From the NCBI GenBank assembly GCA_965203965.1, contig CBDBDR010000017.1, positions 704,001-768,000 on the forward strand: DNA of 64,000 nt. The letters are read 5' to 3'. The stretch is from Thermodesulfobacteriota bacterium (GTDB taxonomy: Bacteria > Desulfobacterota_D > UBA1144 > Nemesobacterales > JAJCZQ01). Shown here piece after piece: positions 30,498 through 42,872 of this stretch (the stretch's first letter is position 1; every line of letters starts with the position of its first letter). The notes below the pieces were generated by a model. It had not been told where the DNA came from and ran no database searches. It worked only from the letters and a program-made list of their open reading frames with translations. The translations under genes and the position numbers were made by a program.

Positions 30498-30927
30498 AAT
30501 AACCAAATCTTCACCTGATCTATCGCAACCCGTGGATATTTATGTGGACGGAGCTTCAAGGGGAAATCCTGGGGAATCCGGTATAGGTATCCTATTCAAA
30601 GATATTAACAAAGGATTCAAAGAACATAAAAGTTACATAGGTGTCGGCACAAATAATAGAGCTGAATACACGGCACTCATCACTGCACTTGAAATTGCAA
30701 AGAATGAAAAGATAAAGAAAGTCAATGTTTATACCGACTCTCAACTTGTAGCCAACCAGATCAAAAATTCTTGGAAGGTCAAGGATCCAAAAATAAAGAT
30801 ATTATTCAATAAAGCCATGAGTTTGATTAAAAATTTCTCTCACTTCACCATTAAGTATATCAGTCGTGAAAATAACTCTGAAGCTGACAGACTTGCAAAT
30901 GAGGCTATTAATGAATATTCTAGTTAA
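30433..30927 (+). CDS. rnhA: Ribonuclease HI
   Basis: YVDGASRGNPG, TNNRAEY, TDSQLV, RENNSEADRLAN; start uncertain (30433, 30499 or 30532). Confidence 0.92.
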   Translation: MRYISAQTAKKFFTPQPLKENKITKSSPDLSQPVDIYVDGASRGNPGESGIGILFKDINKGFKEHKSYIGVGTNNRAEYTALITALEIAKNEKIKKVNVYTDSQLVANQIKNSWKVKDPKIKILFNKAMSLIKNFSHFTIKYISRENNSEADRLANEAINEYSS

Positions 30928-30928
30928 T

Positions 30929-31291
30929 GCGAGTTAACTAAGCAGTCGCTTGCTCAGGCAAGAGGAAAGTCCGAACTTCAAAGGGTAATGCGCTGGTTAA
31001 TAGCCAGGTACCGCAAGGTAACGGAAAGTGCATCAGAAAACATACCGCCTAAGCATGTATATGCCGGTAAGGGTGAAATGGCAGTGTAAGGGACTACCGC
31101 TTTGATCGGTAACGATCATTGGCAAGGCAAACCCCGCATGAAGCAAGGCAAAATAGAGAAACATCTGAAACTTTTGTTTTAGATGGGGCGACCCGTCCCA
31201 TGTTTCCGGGTGTGCCGCTGAAAATATTCAGTAATGAATATTTTAGATGAATGATTGCTCACGACAGAATTCGGCTTACAGGTTAACTCGC
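30929..31291 (+). ncRNA. rnpB: RNase P RNA, class A
   Basis: GAGGAAAGTCC, GGTAAGGGTGAAA, GCAAACCC, ACAGAATTCGGCTTA; P1 formed by GCGAGTTAAC/GTTAACTCGC. Confidence 0.97.
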
Positions 31292-31294
31292 TAA

Positions 31295-31744
31295 TTACTT
31301 AACCAATGTTTGTTCATTTGATAATATCAAAGCATTGATCCCGTTATAGAATGTTTCATGCTCTCTAGCCAATGCACCCCAACTTGCTGATCTCCACCAG
31401 ATGTCTTTATTCTTAATTCCAATTTCAATTAACGTTTTCCCATCATTTGAATTTGAAATATAAATAGGATAAAAAGCACCATTGTCCTTAAAGCTAGTCG
31501 GTGTTCCTATTACAATCTGGTGTTTTTCTTTATCAAAATGGGCAATTTCATATTTTCCTTGTTGATTGGCAAAACCAAGAATTAACTTAAAAACATCTTT
31601 AGGAGGTATATTCGTATACAGTTTTTTTAGATTATCTGGTTTTTTCTTAATAGCATCTGACCCTTTTTTGTTTTTCGCAACAGCGAAAGAAATTAAAAGG
31701 GTAACTAAAGCTAGTATCAATGAAAAAATTGTCCCTGAACTCAT
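31295..31744 (-). CDS. Hypothetical protein with N-terminal TM anchor
   Basis: MSSGTIFSLILALVTLLISFAVA then a soluble domain; alternative start 31789. Confidence 0.7.
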   Translation of the reverse strand: MSSGTIFSLILALVTLLISFAVAKNKKGSDAIKKKPDNLKKLYTNIPPKDVFKLILGFANQQGKYEIAHFDKEKHQIVIGTPTSFKDNGAFYPIYISNSNDGKTLIEIGIKNKDIWWRSASWGALAREHETFYNGINALILSNEQTLVK

Positions 31745-31776
31745 TTCAAATATTTTTCTCACCCATTTAAAAATTC

Positions 31777-32316
31777 TTACCCAAAACAACTTTTTAAAAA
31801 ACTCTTTAAATTGTAAAATTGATCACTATCAAAATCAAATATTTTCCAACAGTCCTTTTCTTTATCTTTATTATATTCTAATCCCACCGCTTCCCAATAA
31901 GCATAAAGTTTGGATTTAGAAGATAGCTCTTTATTTATACATTTTTCATAAGTTTCAAAACAAACTATTTTAGGGTCATCTGACTTTAGGGTACTTAAAA
32001 GAAATATCTCAAGATCGGGTTCAATATAGAAAATTTTATCTAATTCATTTTCATCAAAAAAATTTTTTATATTGTTATAACCTTGCTTATCTTTTACTTT
32101 TACATCACCATCTAATAAAAATACTAATTTCTGACCGTTGAAACGACGTTTATCAAAATCTTGTCCCATTTCTTCATTGTTTATTTGGGTATAACCATAT
32201 AAAGTTTCAATTTTATACTCTTCTTGAATTTTCAGTTGTTCTTTCAAATAATAGTCTAAAAAGTGCCTATCTGTCTTTCCTTCCACCCAAAAACATATCA
32301 TCTTAGTCTCTAACAT
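31777..32316 (-). CDS. TOPRIM-like protein (DUF3226-like)
   Basis: FWVEGKTD (catalytic E), LLDGD (DxD), LEIFL, KSKLYAY, FDFDS; overlaps the ATPase stop. Confidence 0.7.
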   Translation of the reverse strand: MLETKMICFWVEGKTDRHFLDYYLKEQLKIQEEYKIETLYGYTQINNEEMGQDFDKRRFNGQKLVFLLDGDVKVKDKQGYNNIKNFFDENELDKIFYIEPDLEIFLLSTLKSDDPKIVCFETYEKCINKELSSKSKLYAYWEAVGLEYNKDKEKDCWKIFDFDSDQFYNLKSFLKSCFG

Positions 32317-33349
32317 CAGAGCTAGTTTTTCTAGTTGCCAAAAATTGTTCTGAGTTATAGGAAAAACATTTAACGGTATTATTTTTTCTAACTAATGAAT
32401 GATGTATGTAATGTTTTGAAAAATTCTCATTATCTTGTATAAGATTAGCAACGGCTTTCAATACATCTTCACTATGTGTGGTTATAAATATTTGTTTTTT
32501 CCTGCTGATAATTTCTTGAAACAAAACTTCTAAAATAGGCTTCATAATAGAGTAATGAAGACCATTCTCTATTTCGTCAACCAGCAATATTTTATAATCC
32601 GGTGAGATTGATGATGACAGCAAAGGAATCGCTCTATTTATTCCACTTCCTAACAAATTCAAGGGGATTGATCCCTTAGCTCCTTCAAGAAAAATCTCAA
32701 TAATATTTTCTGCTTGGAAAATATCTATTACTCTTTCATTAAATAAATCATTCAAAATTTTCAAAAATTTATCTTTATTCCCTGTTCTGATAATTTCTAA
32801 AACTTCCTTAATGCTTAGGGCAAACGAATCAGAATTGACAATTTTTGACGGAATAATTTTATGAGCCCTGTTGCTCTCAGTTATAACAAAAGGTGACTGC
32901 TGCTCTATGGTCAATCCCGGAACAGATAGTTGTGTTTTTTGAGGAGCGTATTTAATCTGGCTCTCACCCGATGATTTACCATTGTATTTGTATTCAATGC
33001 TCAAACCATTGATTCTTTTATCTTCTTCTAATATAGGAGAGTAACCTACATAAATACTATCAGTTTTAATAACCCCCTTAAATCTAATTTTTTTACTAAT
33101 ATCTAACTGAGAAAAAAGAAAAGATAGGTCTCTTGATTGATTGATCATCATTTGCCTAAACGGAAATATTCTCTCAACTAAAGCAGCAGTATTTGAACAA
33201 CCAGATAATAAAAAAACCCCTTCTAATAAAGTGGATTTACCACAATTATTTCTACCAGAGAAAGTATTAATAAGTCCCAAGTTGTCACATGTAAAATCTT
33301 TTAGAACTTTAAAATTATTTATAGATAAACTTTTGAACATGAGCGTCAT
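32303..33349 (-). CDS. ABC-type ATPase (AAA_15/AAA_21, OLD/AriA-like)
   Basis: SINNFK, GRNNCGKST, LGSGINR, LLVDEIENGLH, ITTHS. Confidence 0.88.
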   Translation of the reverse strand: MTLMFKSLSINNFKVLKDFTCDNLGLINTFSGRNNCGKSTLLEGVFLLSGCSNTAALVERIFPFRQMMINQSRDLSFLFSQLDISKKIRFKGVIKTDSIYVGYSPILEEDKRINGLSIEYKYNGKSSGESQIKYAPQKTQLSVPGLTIEQQSPFVITESNRAHKIIPSKIVNSDSFALSIKEVLEIIRTGNKDKFLKILNDLFNERVIDIFQAENIIEIFLEGAKGSIPLNLLGSGINRAIPLLSSSISPDYKILLVDEIENGLHYSIMKPILEVLFQEIISRKKQIFITTHSEDVLKAVANLIQDNENFSKHYIHHSLVRKNNTVKCFSYNSEQFLATRKTSSDVRD

Positions 33350-33419
33350 AGAACATTGTTATTCGGTTAATCGTATATCTGTGAGCACAAATTATGTCAA
33401 ATTTATTTTGTTAAAATAA

Positions 33420-34622
33420 CTACTCAACAATAACCTTTACAAATTCTCTTTTCCCGATCTTCATCTCTAATTTAGCTTTATCAGGAATGGGACTTTTTAT
33501 ATCCGAAATCCTTTCTCCATTTATCGTAAGTCCTCCCTGCGTGATCAATCTCCTAACTTCTGCCTTAGATTTTAATAGATTGGAAACCGCAAAAATAAGC
33601 TCTGTCAGAGAAGTAACCTCATTTTTTCGGACAGTTACAACTTTTGCATCATCCGGAAAAGACCTTTGCGAAAACTTTGTTTCAAAATCCAATTTAGCCT
33701 TATCTGCTTCAACGTCATTGTAAAGCCACTCTGTCAATTCGTATGCAAGTAACTTTTTAGACTCCATTGGATGCAAGTTTTTCAATCCCTCAATCTCATC
33801 TTCGCTCTTTGAGGTCAACAGGTAAAAATACCTCAATGTCAATTTATCCGGTATTGACATGACCTTCCCAAATATGTCTATTGGGTTCTCCTCAATACCT
33901 ATGTAGTTGCGAAAGGATTTTGACATTTTTTTAACTCCGTCAGTGCCCTCAAGAATAGGCAGGAAGAGGGCTATTTGAGGTTCCATGCCAAAGTATCTTT
34001 GAAAATCCCTGCCAAGCAATATGTTAAACGTTTGATCCGTTCCGCCAATTTCCACGTCAGCACGTATCTTTACCGAATCATAAGCCTGAATTAAAGGATA
34101 CATAAACTCTTTTAATGATATAGGCAAACCACCCTTATACCGTTTATTGAAATCATCTCTTCCCAGTAAGCTTGCAACGTTCACTTGCGAAGTAAGGTTA
34201 AGAAGCTGTTCAAAACTAATATTCTTCAACCAGGTTGAATTGAAAATTATCTCCGTCCTCTCCCTGTCAAGTATCTTAAAAACCTGCTTTTCATAAGTCT
34301 CTGCATTTTTAAGTATTTCCTTGCTATCAAGCAAAGGTCGGGTTTCCATCTTGCCGGTGGGATCACCTATCATCGCCGTAAAATCACCAATTAAAAACAG
34401 TACCTTGTGACCGAGATCCTGAAAATCTCTCAACTTTTTAAGCAACAAACAGTGACCAAGGTGTAGATCAGGAGCAGTCGGATCAAATCCAGCTTTAATT
34501 GTGAGCGGAGTATTTTTGCTCTTGGAATTTTTTAGCTTACTAAGGAGTTCTTCCTTAGATATAACCCCTTCGGTATCTCGCTCTATTATTTTCAGTTGCT
34601 CTTTGGGATCTGAGAAGCTCAT
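33420..34622 (-). CDS. tyrS: Tyrosine--tRNA ligase
   Basis: GFDPTAPDLHLGH, GGTDQ, KMSKS, C-terminal S4 domain. Confidence 0.98.
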   Translation of the reverse strand: MSFSDPKEQLKIIERDTEGVISKEELLSKLKNSKSKNTPLTIKAGFDPTAPDLHLGHCLLLKKLRDFQDLGHKVLFLIGDFTAMIGDPTGKMETRPLLDSKEILKNAETYEKQVFKILDRERTEIIFNSTWLKNISFEQLLNLTSQVNVASLLGRDDFNKRYKGGLPISLKEFMYPLIQAYDSVKIRADVEIGGTDQTFNILLGRDFQRYFGMEPQIALFLPILEGTDGVKKMSKSFRNYIGIEENPIDIFGKVMSIPDKLTLRYFYLLTSKSEDEIEGLKNLHPMESKKLLAYELTEWLYNDVEADKAKLDFETKFSQRSFPDDAKVVTVRKNEVTSLTELIFAVSNLLKSKAEVRRLITQGGLTINGERISDIKSPIPDKAKLEMKIGKREFVKVIVE

Positions 34623-34691
34623 TATTTCCTAATTGCCCTATTCAAAACACTTACTATGCAACTCTCACAAAAACGAGATCAAAAACTACAT

Positions 34692-36176
34692 TCAAGGTAA
34701 ACTGGTAGAACCCATAAGGTAACGATCACATTCTCTGGCTGCTTCTCTTCCTTCATTTATAGCCCAAACTACAAGACTTTGTCCACGCCTCGAATCACCT
34801 GCTGCAAAAACACCTTCTATATTGGTGGTATATTTACCATATTCAGCCTTTACATTGGTTTTTTCATCCGTTGCAATTCCAAGTTGATATAAAAACTCTT
34901 GTTCCGGTCCCAGGAAACCAAGTGCAAGAAGTACAATCTGGGCGTTCCATATTTTCTCTGTGTTTGGCACTTCATGAAATGTCATCTTTCCATTTTCGCC
35001 TTTCTTCCATTCAATTTGCACCGTGTGTAACTCTTTCACGTTTTTTTTATCATCACCCACAAACTTTTTTGTCATTACCTGATATTTTCTAGGATCCTCG
35101 CCAAAGATCGCGGCTGCCTCTTCCTGCCCATAGCCTAAGGAATAGACCCTTGGCCATTCAGGCCAAGGATTACCATCAACCCTTTTCAAAGGAGGTTTGG
35201 AAAGAATTTCAAATTGGACCAGGCTCCTACATTCATGCCTGATGCAGGTAGCAACACAGTCTGTCCCAGTATCCCCACCTCCAAGCACTATCACATCTTT
35301 ATCTTTTGCAGAGATATAATTTTCATCCTCAAGATTGCTATCTAACAAGCTTTTCGTGTTTCCTCTCAAAAACTCCATGGCAAAATATATTCCGTTCGAT
35401 TCCCTGCCCTCAATCGGTAGATCCCTGGGTTTTGTAGCCCCCGTGCATACAACAACGGCATCGTTTTGAGCAACAATTTCCTTACCACTTATATCTATCC
35501 CTACCTCAACTTTTGTTACAAAATTAATCCCCTCTTTTGCCAGAATATTTACTCTTCTCTGAACAACCTGTTTATCCAGGTGAGGATTTGGAATTCCATA
35601 AGTAAGCAATCCCCCAACCCTGTCGTCTCTTTCATAGACGGTTACTGTGTGTCCCGCTTTATTAAGTTGTGCAGCACAGGAAAGCCCTGCTGGACCCGAA
35701 CCTACAACAGCAACTCTCTTTCCCGTTCTATGCTCAGGAGGTTCTGGCTTTATCCAACCTTCCTCAAAACCTTTATCTACAATTGCACACTCTATTGACT
35801 TAATGGTTACAGGAGGCTCGTTTATTCCAAGCACGCATGAGCCTTCACAAGGAGCGGGACAGACGCGTCCAGTGAACTCCGGAAAATTGTTTGTTTTGTG
35901 TAGCCTGTCAAGAGCTTCTCTCCACAACCCTCTATATACAAGGTCGTTCCACTCGGGAATAAGATTATTTACTGGACAACCTACAGCCATACCACCAATT
36001 AGCTTGCCTGTTTGACAAAACGGCACACCACAATCCATACATCTGGCTCCCTGCGTTTTTAATTTATTCTCAGGAAGGTGTTTATGAAATTCATTCCAAT
36101 CTTTTATTCTCTCTTTAGGATCTCTATCGGAACCAAGTGTACGAGTATAAGTCATAAAACCTGTAGGATCACCCAT
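34692..36176 (-). CDS. gltD: Glutamate synthase small subunit
   Basis: [40 protein letters not shown]. Confidence 0.97.
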   Translation of the reverse strand: MGDPTGFMTYTRTLGSDRDPKERIKDWNEFHKHLPENKLKTQGARCMDCGVPFCQTGKLIGGMAVGCPVNNLIPEWNDLVYRGLWREALDRLHKTNNFPEFTGRVCPAPCEGSCVLGINEPPVTIKSIECAIVDKGFEEGWIKPEPPEHRTGKRVAVVGSGPAGLSCAAQLNKAGHTVTVYERDDRVGGLLTYGIPNPHLDKQVVQRRVNILAKEGINFVTKVEVGIDISGKEIVAQNDAVVVCTGATKPRDLPIEGRESNGIYFAMEFLRGNTKSLLDSNLEDENYISAKDKDVIVLGGGDTGTDCVATCIRHECRSLVQFEILSKPPLKRVDGNPWPEWPRVYSLGYGQEEAAAIFGEDPRKYQVMTKKFVGDDKKNVKELHTVQIEWKKGENGKMTFHEVPNTEKIWNAQIVLLALGFLGPEQEFLYQLGIATDEKTNVKAEYGKYTTNIEGVFAAGDSRRGQSLVVWAINEGREAARECDRYLMGSTSLP

Positions 36177-36202
36177 TCAATTTCCTCCAAGAAGGAATCA
36201 AG

Positions 36203-39200
36203 TCAATTTCCACTTACTCTGGCAAGGTCGCTCTTATTTGCTTCAAAAGCAGCCATCATTGCTTCATCACCGCTAAGCCCACTTTCTTCCACTTGCCTAA
36301 TATTTTGAAGCATACGTTTATAGTCGTTTGGCATAACTTTTCTAAACTTTTTGGCACTCTCTGCCCAATTATCAAGAATATATTTTGCCACATTGCTGTT
36401 TGTGTAATCAAGATGTTTTTTTATAGTCGTATTTAATAAATTCAAATCTTCATCTTCAATGGAATCAATGGAAATCATGCCCAAATTACATCGCTCACTA
36501 AAATCCCCTTTTTCATCGTATAAATAGGCAACACCACCAGACATTCCCGCGCCGAAATTTCTACCCACTGGACCAAGCACCACCACACACCCACCCGTCA
36601 TGTATTCACAACCATGATCCCCCACCGATTCAACTACTGCATGAACACCGCTGTTCCTCACACAAAACCTTTCACCTGCCATTCCCCTAATATATGCCTC
36701 CCCACCGGTCGCACCGTAAAAGGCAACGTTACCAACTATAATATTTTTCTCAGGTTGAAATGTGGCTTTTTCAGGTGGATACACAATAATCTTTCCTCCG
36801 GATAAACCCTTTCCAATATAGTCATTTGAATCACCTTCAAGAAATAATGTCATACTCTTGGGAACAAATGCTCCGAAACTCTGCCCTGCGGAACCGTAAA
36901 AGCGAAGTTTAATAGTGTTCTCCGACAAACCATTAAGTCCATACTTCCTTGTTAGCTCACTTCCTACAATTGTGCCAACTGTTCTGTTAATATTTCTTAT
37001 AGGTATAGGCGCCCTGATGTCAACCAACTCGCCATTCTCAATAGCAGGCTTACATATATCCATCAAAACCGTCTCATCCAATGACCTATCTATTCCATGA
37101 TCCTGACTTATCTGACAAAAGGCTCCCCAGCTGCTGGGCACATCGGGCTTTTTGAAGACACTCGACAGTTTAAGTCCTTTGGCTTTCCAATGATCAACCG
37201 CTTTTTTAGTTTTTAACCTGTCCATTTGCCCTATCATTTCATTAACGTTCCTGAAACCCAAAGTTGCCATTATCTCCCTCAACTCCTGTGCAACAAATTT
37301 GAGATAATTCACTACGTGAGACGGGTTACCTGTAAATTTTTTACGAAGTTCAGGATTCTGCGTTGCAACACCTACTGGACAAGTATCAAGATGGCAAACT
37401 CTCATCATTATACAACCGAGCACGATCAATGGAGCCGTTGAAAAACCATATTCTTCCGCACCAAGCAAAGCAGCAATTGCAACATCCCTTCCAGTTTTCA
37501 GCTGCCCGTCCGTTTCAAGAACAACCCTGCTTCTTAAATTGTTCAACAGTAACGTTTGGTGAGTTTCTACTATTCCCAACTCCCAGGGGAGACCAGCATG
37601 CTGAATACTGCTCTGGGGAGACGCCCCAGTCCCGCCTGAAGTGCCACTTATAAGAATCACGTCCGCGTGTCCCTTTGCTACTCCTGCTGCAATTGTTCCC
37701 ACACCGACTTCAGATACTAACTTCACATTGATTCTTGCATATTTGTTTGCATTTTTCAGGTCGTATATAAGCTCGGCGAGATCTTCTATGGAATATATGT
37801 CATGGTGAGGCGGAGGGGAGATCAAACCAACACCGGGAGTTGATAACCTGACTTTCGCTATCCATGGATATACCTTCCTCCCCGGCAGTTGACCACCTTC
37901 GCCTGGTTTGGCTCCCTGGGCGATTTTGATCTGTATCTCATCGGAATTGACCAAATATTCACTGGTCACTCCAAATCTGCCAGATGCAACCTGCTTAATT
38001 GCACTTCTCCTTAAATCACCGTTCTCATCAACGGTATAACGGTCTGTATCCTCACCACCTTCACCTGTATTGCTCTTACCACCAATACGGTTCATTGCAA
38101 TAGCCAGACTTTCATGCGATTCTTTGCCGATGGCACCGTAGGACATAGCCCCGGTCTTAAATCTTCTGCATATAGATTCAATGGGTTCAACCTCTTCAAT
38201 TGGTATAGGCTCATTGTTATAATAAAAATCTAACAACCCTCGTAAGGTGAAATGCTCCCTGTCCTCATTATTTGACAACTCCGAAAATTCTTTATACATC
38301 TCGTAGTTGTTTGCTCTGGCTGCATACTGAAGCTTATGCACCGTCTGCGGATTCCACATATGCCTTTCACCGTGTGGACGCCACTGGTACACACCCCCTT
38401 CATCAAGTGTGTCTTCATCAACCTCACGGTCAGGATATGCCTGTTCAAATCTTTTAAGCGACTCCATCGCTATTACATCTATACCGGCTCCCTCAATCCT
38501 AGAAGGTGTCCACGTGAAATATTTATCAACAAACTCACTATTAAGTCCCAATGCTTCAAAAATCTGGGCGCCATGATAACTCTGCACGGTAGAAATTCCC
38601 ATTTTTGACATTATTTTGACAATTCCCTTCACAATGCTCGTTATATAGTTTGAAACTGCCTTATCAGGCAAAATATCGGTGAGCATACCCTGATCAACCA
38701 TATTTCTTATTGTATCGTATGCAAGGTAAGGATTGACCGCGCTCGCACCATAGCCTATCAACAGTGCAAAATGATGCACTTCTCTCGGCTCTGCCGACTC
38801 AAGTACTAAACCAACTTTCATTCTGTTACCATTTTTGATCAAGTGATGATGAAGACCGGACACTGCAAGCAGTGCGGGTATTGGGGCTTTCTTGTCGCTA
38901 AATACACGGTCGGAAAGGATTACAATATTGATCCCAGATGATATTGCGGCGTCAACGTCTTCAAAAAGCATATCAAGAGCTTCCACCAATCCATTGCTAC
39001 CCTTGTGGGGATTAAAATGAATTGCAAAAACTTGAGATCTAAACCCATCTTCGCTTACTTCTTTTAGTTTATTAAGATCACCGTTTGTCAAAATTGGAGA
39101 GTCCATCTCTATCTTTCTACAATGTTCAAGGGTCGGTGATAAAAGATTTTTGACCGGTCCAACCGTTACTTTTGTATCCGTTATAAGTTCTTCCCTTATT

Positions 39201-40801
39201 GAATCAATTGCGGGATTAGTTACCTGTGCAAAAAGTTGTTTGAAATAGTTATAAAGAAGTTTGGGGTTATCCGATAAAACTGCTATCGGAGTGTCAACAC
39301 CCATCGCCCCAACTGGTTCAACTGAATTTTTAGCCATTGGGCCGATTATGATTCTCAGATCCTCAAACGTGTATCCAAACAACCTCTGAGCAGATAAAAG
39401 CTCTTTTCCATCAGTTACGGCATATTCTTTATGAGGCTGCTTTATTTGGTTAATGTGCAGTAAATTGCTCTCAATCCATTTATCATAGGGGTTTTCATTT
39501 GATAGCTTTTTTTTCAGCTCCTCATCACCAACAATCCTTCCTTCTTTTGTATCGATCAGGAGCATTCTGCCCGGCTGAAGTCGTCCTTTATACTCTATAT
39601 TCTCAGGTGGTATATCCAATACACCCACCTCGGAAGCAAGAACCAACAGATCGTCTTTTGTAACGTAATATCTGGAAGGTCTAAGCCCTTGTCTGTCCAA
39701 AACTGCACCCACTTTTTCACCATCGGTAAAACCAATTGACGCGGGACCATCCCACGGTTCCATTAAACAACTGTGATAATTATAAAACGCTTTCTTATTT
39801 TCAGACATGCTCTCATGCTTGGACCAAGGCTCCGGGATCATCATCATTACCGCGTGTTCTATTGAATAACCCGACAGAGACAAAAATTCCAGTGCGTTGT
39901 CAAACGCGGCAGAGTCACTCCCACCGGGCACTATGATGGGAAAGATCTTCTTTAGATCGTCCCCGTAAAGGTCTGATTCAAGCAGAGATTGTCTTGAGTG
40001 CATCCAGTTTATATTTCCTCTTAACGTATTGATCTCACCATTATGAATAACGTAATGATAAGGGTGAGATCTGTCCCAACTTGGAAACGTGTTAGTACTG
40101 AATCGTGAATGCACAAGTGCAATGGCCGTATCCATATATTCATCATTAAGGTCGGGATAATACCGGTCAAGCTGCCAAGTGGATAGCATCCCCTTATATA
40201 CGGTCGTTTTGTATGACAGGCTAACAATATAAAAGGAGTCACCGCCACGCACGTCTGAAAACCTGATTTCATTCTCCGCAAGTTTACAGATAACGTATAG
40301 CTTTCTCTCAAAACTCATCCCGGGTTGGGTATTGTTTCCTCTTTTGATAAAAACCTGTTTAACTTTTGGCTCACATGATAATGCAGTTTCACCCAATGAA
40401 GAGTTGTCCGTAGGGACATCTCTCCACCCTAAAATTTCCTGTCCCTCTTTTTTTGCTATCTTTTCAAACATATTCATCGCCAGATCGGCTTCTTTCTTAA
40501 CAGGAGACATAAAGATCATTCCAACACCATAATCATCATAATTCGGCAGATCTGATCTGAAATTTTTTAGAAAGAAATTGTGTGGTTTTTGCATCAGCAT
40601 CCCGGCACCATCACCAGTATTAGGCTCACAACCACAAGCACCTCTGTGCTCCAAATTCTTCAGAATTTCTATCGCCTGCTCAACTATCCTTTTTGACCTT
40701 ACACCCTTGATGTTAACAATAAATCCAATCCCGCACGAATCATGCTCAAAATTTGGGTCATACAGTCCTTGTTGAGATGGAAATCCAAAACTTTTCATCA
40801 A
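36203..40801 (-). CDS. gltB: Glutamate synthase large subunit
   Basis: [40 protein letters not shown] repeats. Confidence 0.98.
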   Translation of the reverse strand: MMKSFGFPSQQGLYDPNFEHDSCGIGFIVNIKGVRSKRIVEQAIEILKNLEHRGACGCEPNTGDGAGMLMQKPHNFFLKNFRSDLPNYDDYGVGMIFMSPVKKEADLAMNMFEKIAKKEGQEILGWRDVPTDNSSLGETALSCEPKVKQVFIKRGNNTQPGMSFERKLYVICKLAENEIRFSDVRGGDSFYIVSLSYKTTVYKGMLSTWQLDRYYPDLNDEYMDTAIALVHSRFSTNTFPSWDRSHPYHYVIHNGEINTLRGNINWMHSRQSLLESDLYGDDLKKIFPIIVPGGSDSAAFDNALEFLSLSGYSIEHAVMMMIPEPWSKHESMSENKKAFYNYHSCLMEPWDGPASIGFTDGEKVGAVLDRQGLRPSRYYVTKDDLLVLASEVGVLDIPPENIEYKGRLQPGRMLLIDTKEGRIVGDEELKKKLSNENPYDKWIESNLLHINQIKQPHKEYAVTDGKELLSAQRLFGYTFEDLRIIIGPMAKNSVEPVGAMGVDTPIAVLSDNPKLLYNYFKQLFAQVTNPAIDSIREELITDTKVTVGPVKNLLSPTLEHCRKIEMDSPILTNGDLNKLKEVSEDGFRSQVFAIHFNPHKGSNGLVEALDMLFEDVDAAISSGINIVILSDRVFSDKKAPIPALLAVSGLHHHLIKNGNRMKVGLVLESAEPREVHHFALLIGYGASAVNPYLAYDTIRNMVDQGMLTDILPDKAVSNYITSIVKGIVKIMSKMGISTVQSYHGAQIFEALGLNSEFVDKYFTWTPSRIEGAGIDVIAMESLKRFEQAYPDREVDEDTLDEGGVYQWRPHGERHMWNPQTVHKLQYAARANNYEMYKEFSELSNNEDREHFTLRGLLDFYYNNEPIPIEEVEPIESICRRFKTGAMSYGAIGKESHESLAIAMNRIGGKSNTGEGGEDTDRYTVDENGDLRRSAIKQVASGRFGVTSEYLVNSDEIQIKIAQGAKPGEGGQLPGRKVYPWIAKVRLSTPGVGLISPPPHHDIYSIEDLAELIYDLKNANKYARINVKLVSEVGVGTIAAGVAKGHADVILISGTSGGTGASPQSSIQHAGLPWELGIVETHQTLLLNNLRSRVVLETDGQLKTGRDVAIAALLGAEEYGFSTAPLIVLGCIMMRVCHLDTCPVGVATQNPELRKKFTGNPSHVVNYLKFVAQELREIMATLGFRNVNEMIGQMDRLKTKKAVDHWKAKGLKLSSVFKKPDVPSSWGAFCQISQDHGIDRSLDETVLMDICKPAIENGELVDIRAPIPIRNINRTVGTIVGSELTRKYGLNGLSENTIKLRFYGSAGQSFGAFVPKSMTLFLEGDSNDYIGKGLSGGKIIVYPPEKATFQPEKNIIVGNVAFYGATGGEAYIRGMAGERFCVRNSGVHAVVESVGDHGCEYMTGGCVVVLGPVGRNFGAGMSGGVAYLYDEKGDFSERCNLGMISIDSIEDEDLNLLNTTIKKHLDYTNSNVAKYILDNWAESAKKFRKVMPNDYKRMLQNIRQVEESGLSGDEAMMAAFEANKSDLARVSGN

Positions 40802-40949
40802 ACACCTTATAAACTAATCTATTTGAATTTAATTGTGTTTACTAAAATAAAACTCAAAACAGAAACACCATTATAACATACAAACCCTTTACAGATGAAA
40901 CTTTTGCGAAGATGTGGAATCAAAATTCTTTTCTTTCATCCAACAAAAA

Positions 40950-42644
40950 CTACTTATATCCTGAAGTTATAGGCATTCTGCGGTCTTTCCCAAAAGCCCT
41001 GCTAGTTATCTTAATTCCTGGAGGACTTTGCCTACGCTTGTATTCATTCTGATACACCATTTTCACCACCCGTTCAACCGTTATTTCGTCTTCCCCTTTG
41101 TCTATTATTTCTCTTATGCTCAGATCATCTTCTATACAGTATTTTAATATCCTGTCCAACTCCTCATACGGGGGTAGAAAATCCGTATCTTTTTGATCTG
41201 GTCTCAACTCCGCGGAAGGCTGTTTTTCAATTACTGAGATCGGGATTACATTATATTTTTGGATCGTATTGTAAAACTTTGCCAACTTATAAACAAATGT
41301 CTTTGGCACGTCTTTTATAACTGCAAATCCACCTGCCATGTCACCGTAAAGCGTTGAATAACCAACGCTCATCTCGCTCTTATTACCTGTGGTTAAAACC
41401 ATGTAGCCGAACTTATTTGAGAAAGCCATTAAGATGTTCCCTCTTATCCTTGCCTGAATGTTTTCTTCGGCTTCATTTTGAGGCTTATCTCTAAAATGAG
41501 GATTGAGACTTTTGAGATATGAGCTGAATATATCCTGAATAGGCACAGTTTTTGTTTTAATCCCAAGATTTTCGGCCAGAGCAAGAGAGTCCTCCACACT
41601 TCCCTTTGAACTGTATTCAGAGGGCATCAAAATTCCAAGAACATTACCCGCACCAATAGACTCCTTAGCAATAACCGCAACAAGAGAGGAATCTATACCC
41701 CCACTGAGCCCTATGACAACTTTTTTGAAACCGTTTTTTATAACATAATCCCGTGTCCCAAGCACAAGCGCATTAAAAATTTCCTCCTCTTCAATCTTAA
41801 ATTCTACTTTTTTGGGTAAAACGGCTTTTTTCATCTTCCTCCTTCGTGAAGCAAGTTTTATAGACCTTATCTCCTTACCGCTCACTAACCTTTTCTCATC
41901 GTTCAAAACACCCGTTATATCAATGTCAGACACCAAAAGGTCTTCCTGAAACTGTGGGGCACGAGAAATGACCTCCCCATTTTGACTTATCACACAACTA
42001 TCTCCATCAAACACTAACTCATCCTGTCCACCGACAAGATTGCAGAATGCAATGCAACAACCATTATCCACGGCTCTTCTGATCAACATTTTTTCTCTTA
42101 ACTCGGGCTTGTTCAAATGATAGGGAGACGAAGACAGGTTAATTATCAGTTGTGCTTTACCAACTTTTACCTGCTTTTTCGTCGGATTACCTACATACCA
42201 TACATCCTCACAGATATTCACACCAAATATCAAACTGCCAAGTCTGTAAACACTGACTGAATTTCCGGCACGGAAATACCTGTTTTCATCAAAAACCCCA
42301 TAGTTAGGAAGGCGTGATTTTCTATATATGTCTGCAATTTTAGCGTCCTGAATTATCGCAGCCGAATTATAAATATTGTCATCAGACTCAACAAAACCGA
42401 CGATCGTAATAATTGACCTTGAAGCACGTCTGACATTATCAAGTGCATTCAGGTTATCTTTGACAAAACCCCGTCTTAACAATAAATCTTCCGGGGGATA
42501 ACCCGTTATAGCCATTTCGGGTAAAACAACAATATCTGCGTCAAGATCAGCAGCTTTTTTTATAAACCCTACTATGTTCTTTGTGTTTCCCTTTATATCA
42601 CCCACACGGCAGTTGATCTGTGCTAAAGCTATTCTTACAGACAT
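40950..42644 (-). CDS. nadE: Glutamine-dependent NAD+ synthetase
   Basis: Nitrilase-like N-domain (PE...K...ICEDVW) plus GLSGGIDS, NIQARIRG, YGDMAGG. Confidence 0.97.
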   Translation of the reverse strand: MSVRIALAQINCRVGDIKGNTKNIVGFIKKAADLDADIVVLPEMAITGYPPEDLLLRRGFVKDNLNALDNVRRASRSIITIVGFVESDDNIYNSAAIIQDAKIADIYRKSRLPNYGVFDENRYFRAGNSVSVYRLGSLIFGVNICEDVWYVGNPTKKQVKVGKAQLIINLSSSPYHLNKPELREKMLIRRAVDNGCCIAFCNLVGGQDELVFDGDSCVISQNGEVISRAPQFQEDLLVSDIDITGVLNDEKRLVSGKEIRSIKLASRRRKMKKAVLPKKVEFKIEEEEIFNALVLGTRDYVIKNGFKKVVIGLSGGIDSSLVAVIAKESIGAGNVLGILMPSEYSSKGSVEDSLALAENLGIKTKTVPIQDIFSSYLKSLNPHFRDKPQNEAEENIQARIRGNILMAFSNKFGYMVLTTGNKSEMSVGYSTLYGDMAGGFAVIKDVPKTFVYKLAKFYNTIQKYNVIPISVIEKQPSAELRPDQKDTDFLPPYEELDRILKYCIEDDLSIREIIDKGEDEITVERVVKMVYQNEYKRRQSPPGIKITSRAFGKDRRMPITSGYK

Positions 42645-42872
42645 TGAAAAAATTATACACGGGTAACCGCAGGTCTTGCATTATAAACATTCACTGGAAA
42701 ATAAAAAACCACATTTACTAATAATAATTTTAAGACAAAGTGAAGCAATAATTCGTAATAAAACAAGGGGAATTATAACCCACTCTTTATACATTTGACT
42801 CTATCATAGACCAAGGTGTCTCTTTGTAATTAAGCATTATTACCAATACTGATTAAAACTTCCCAAACGTTT

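Noticed and set aside
33358..33380. att-like copy of the rnpB 3' end (ATTCGGTTAATCG) at the far side of the ATPase islet
   Set aside because: Needs a large gap to align; too short and degenerate, and no integrase is present.
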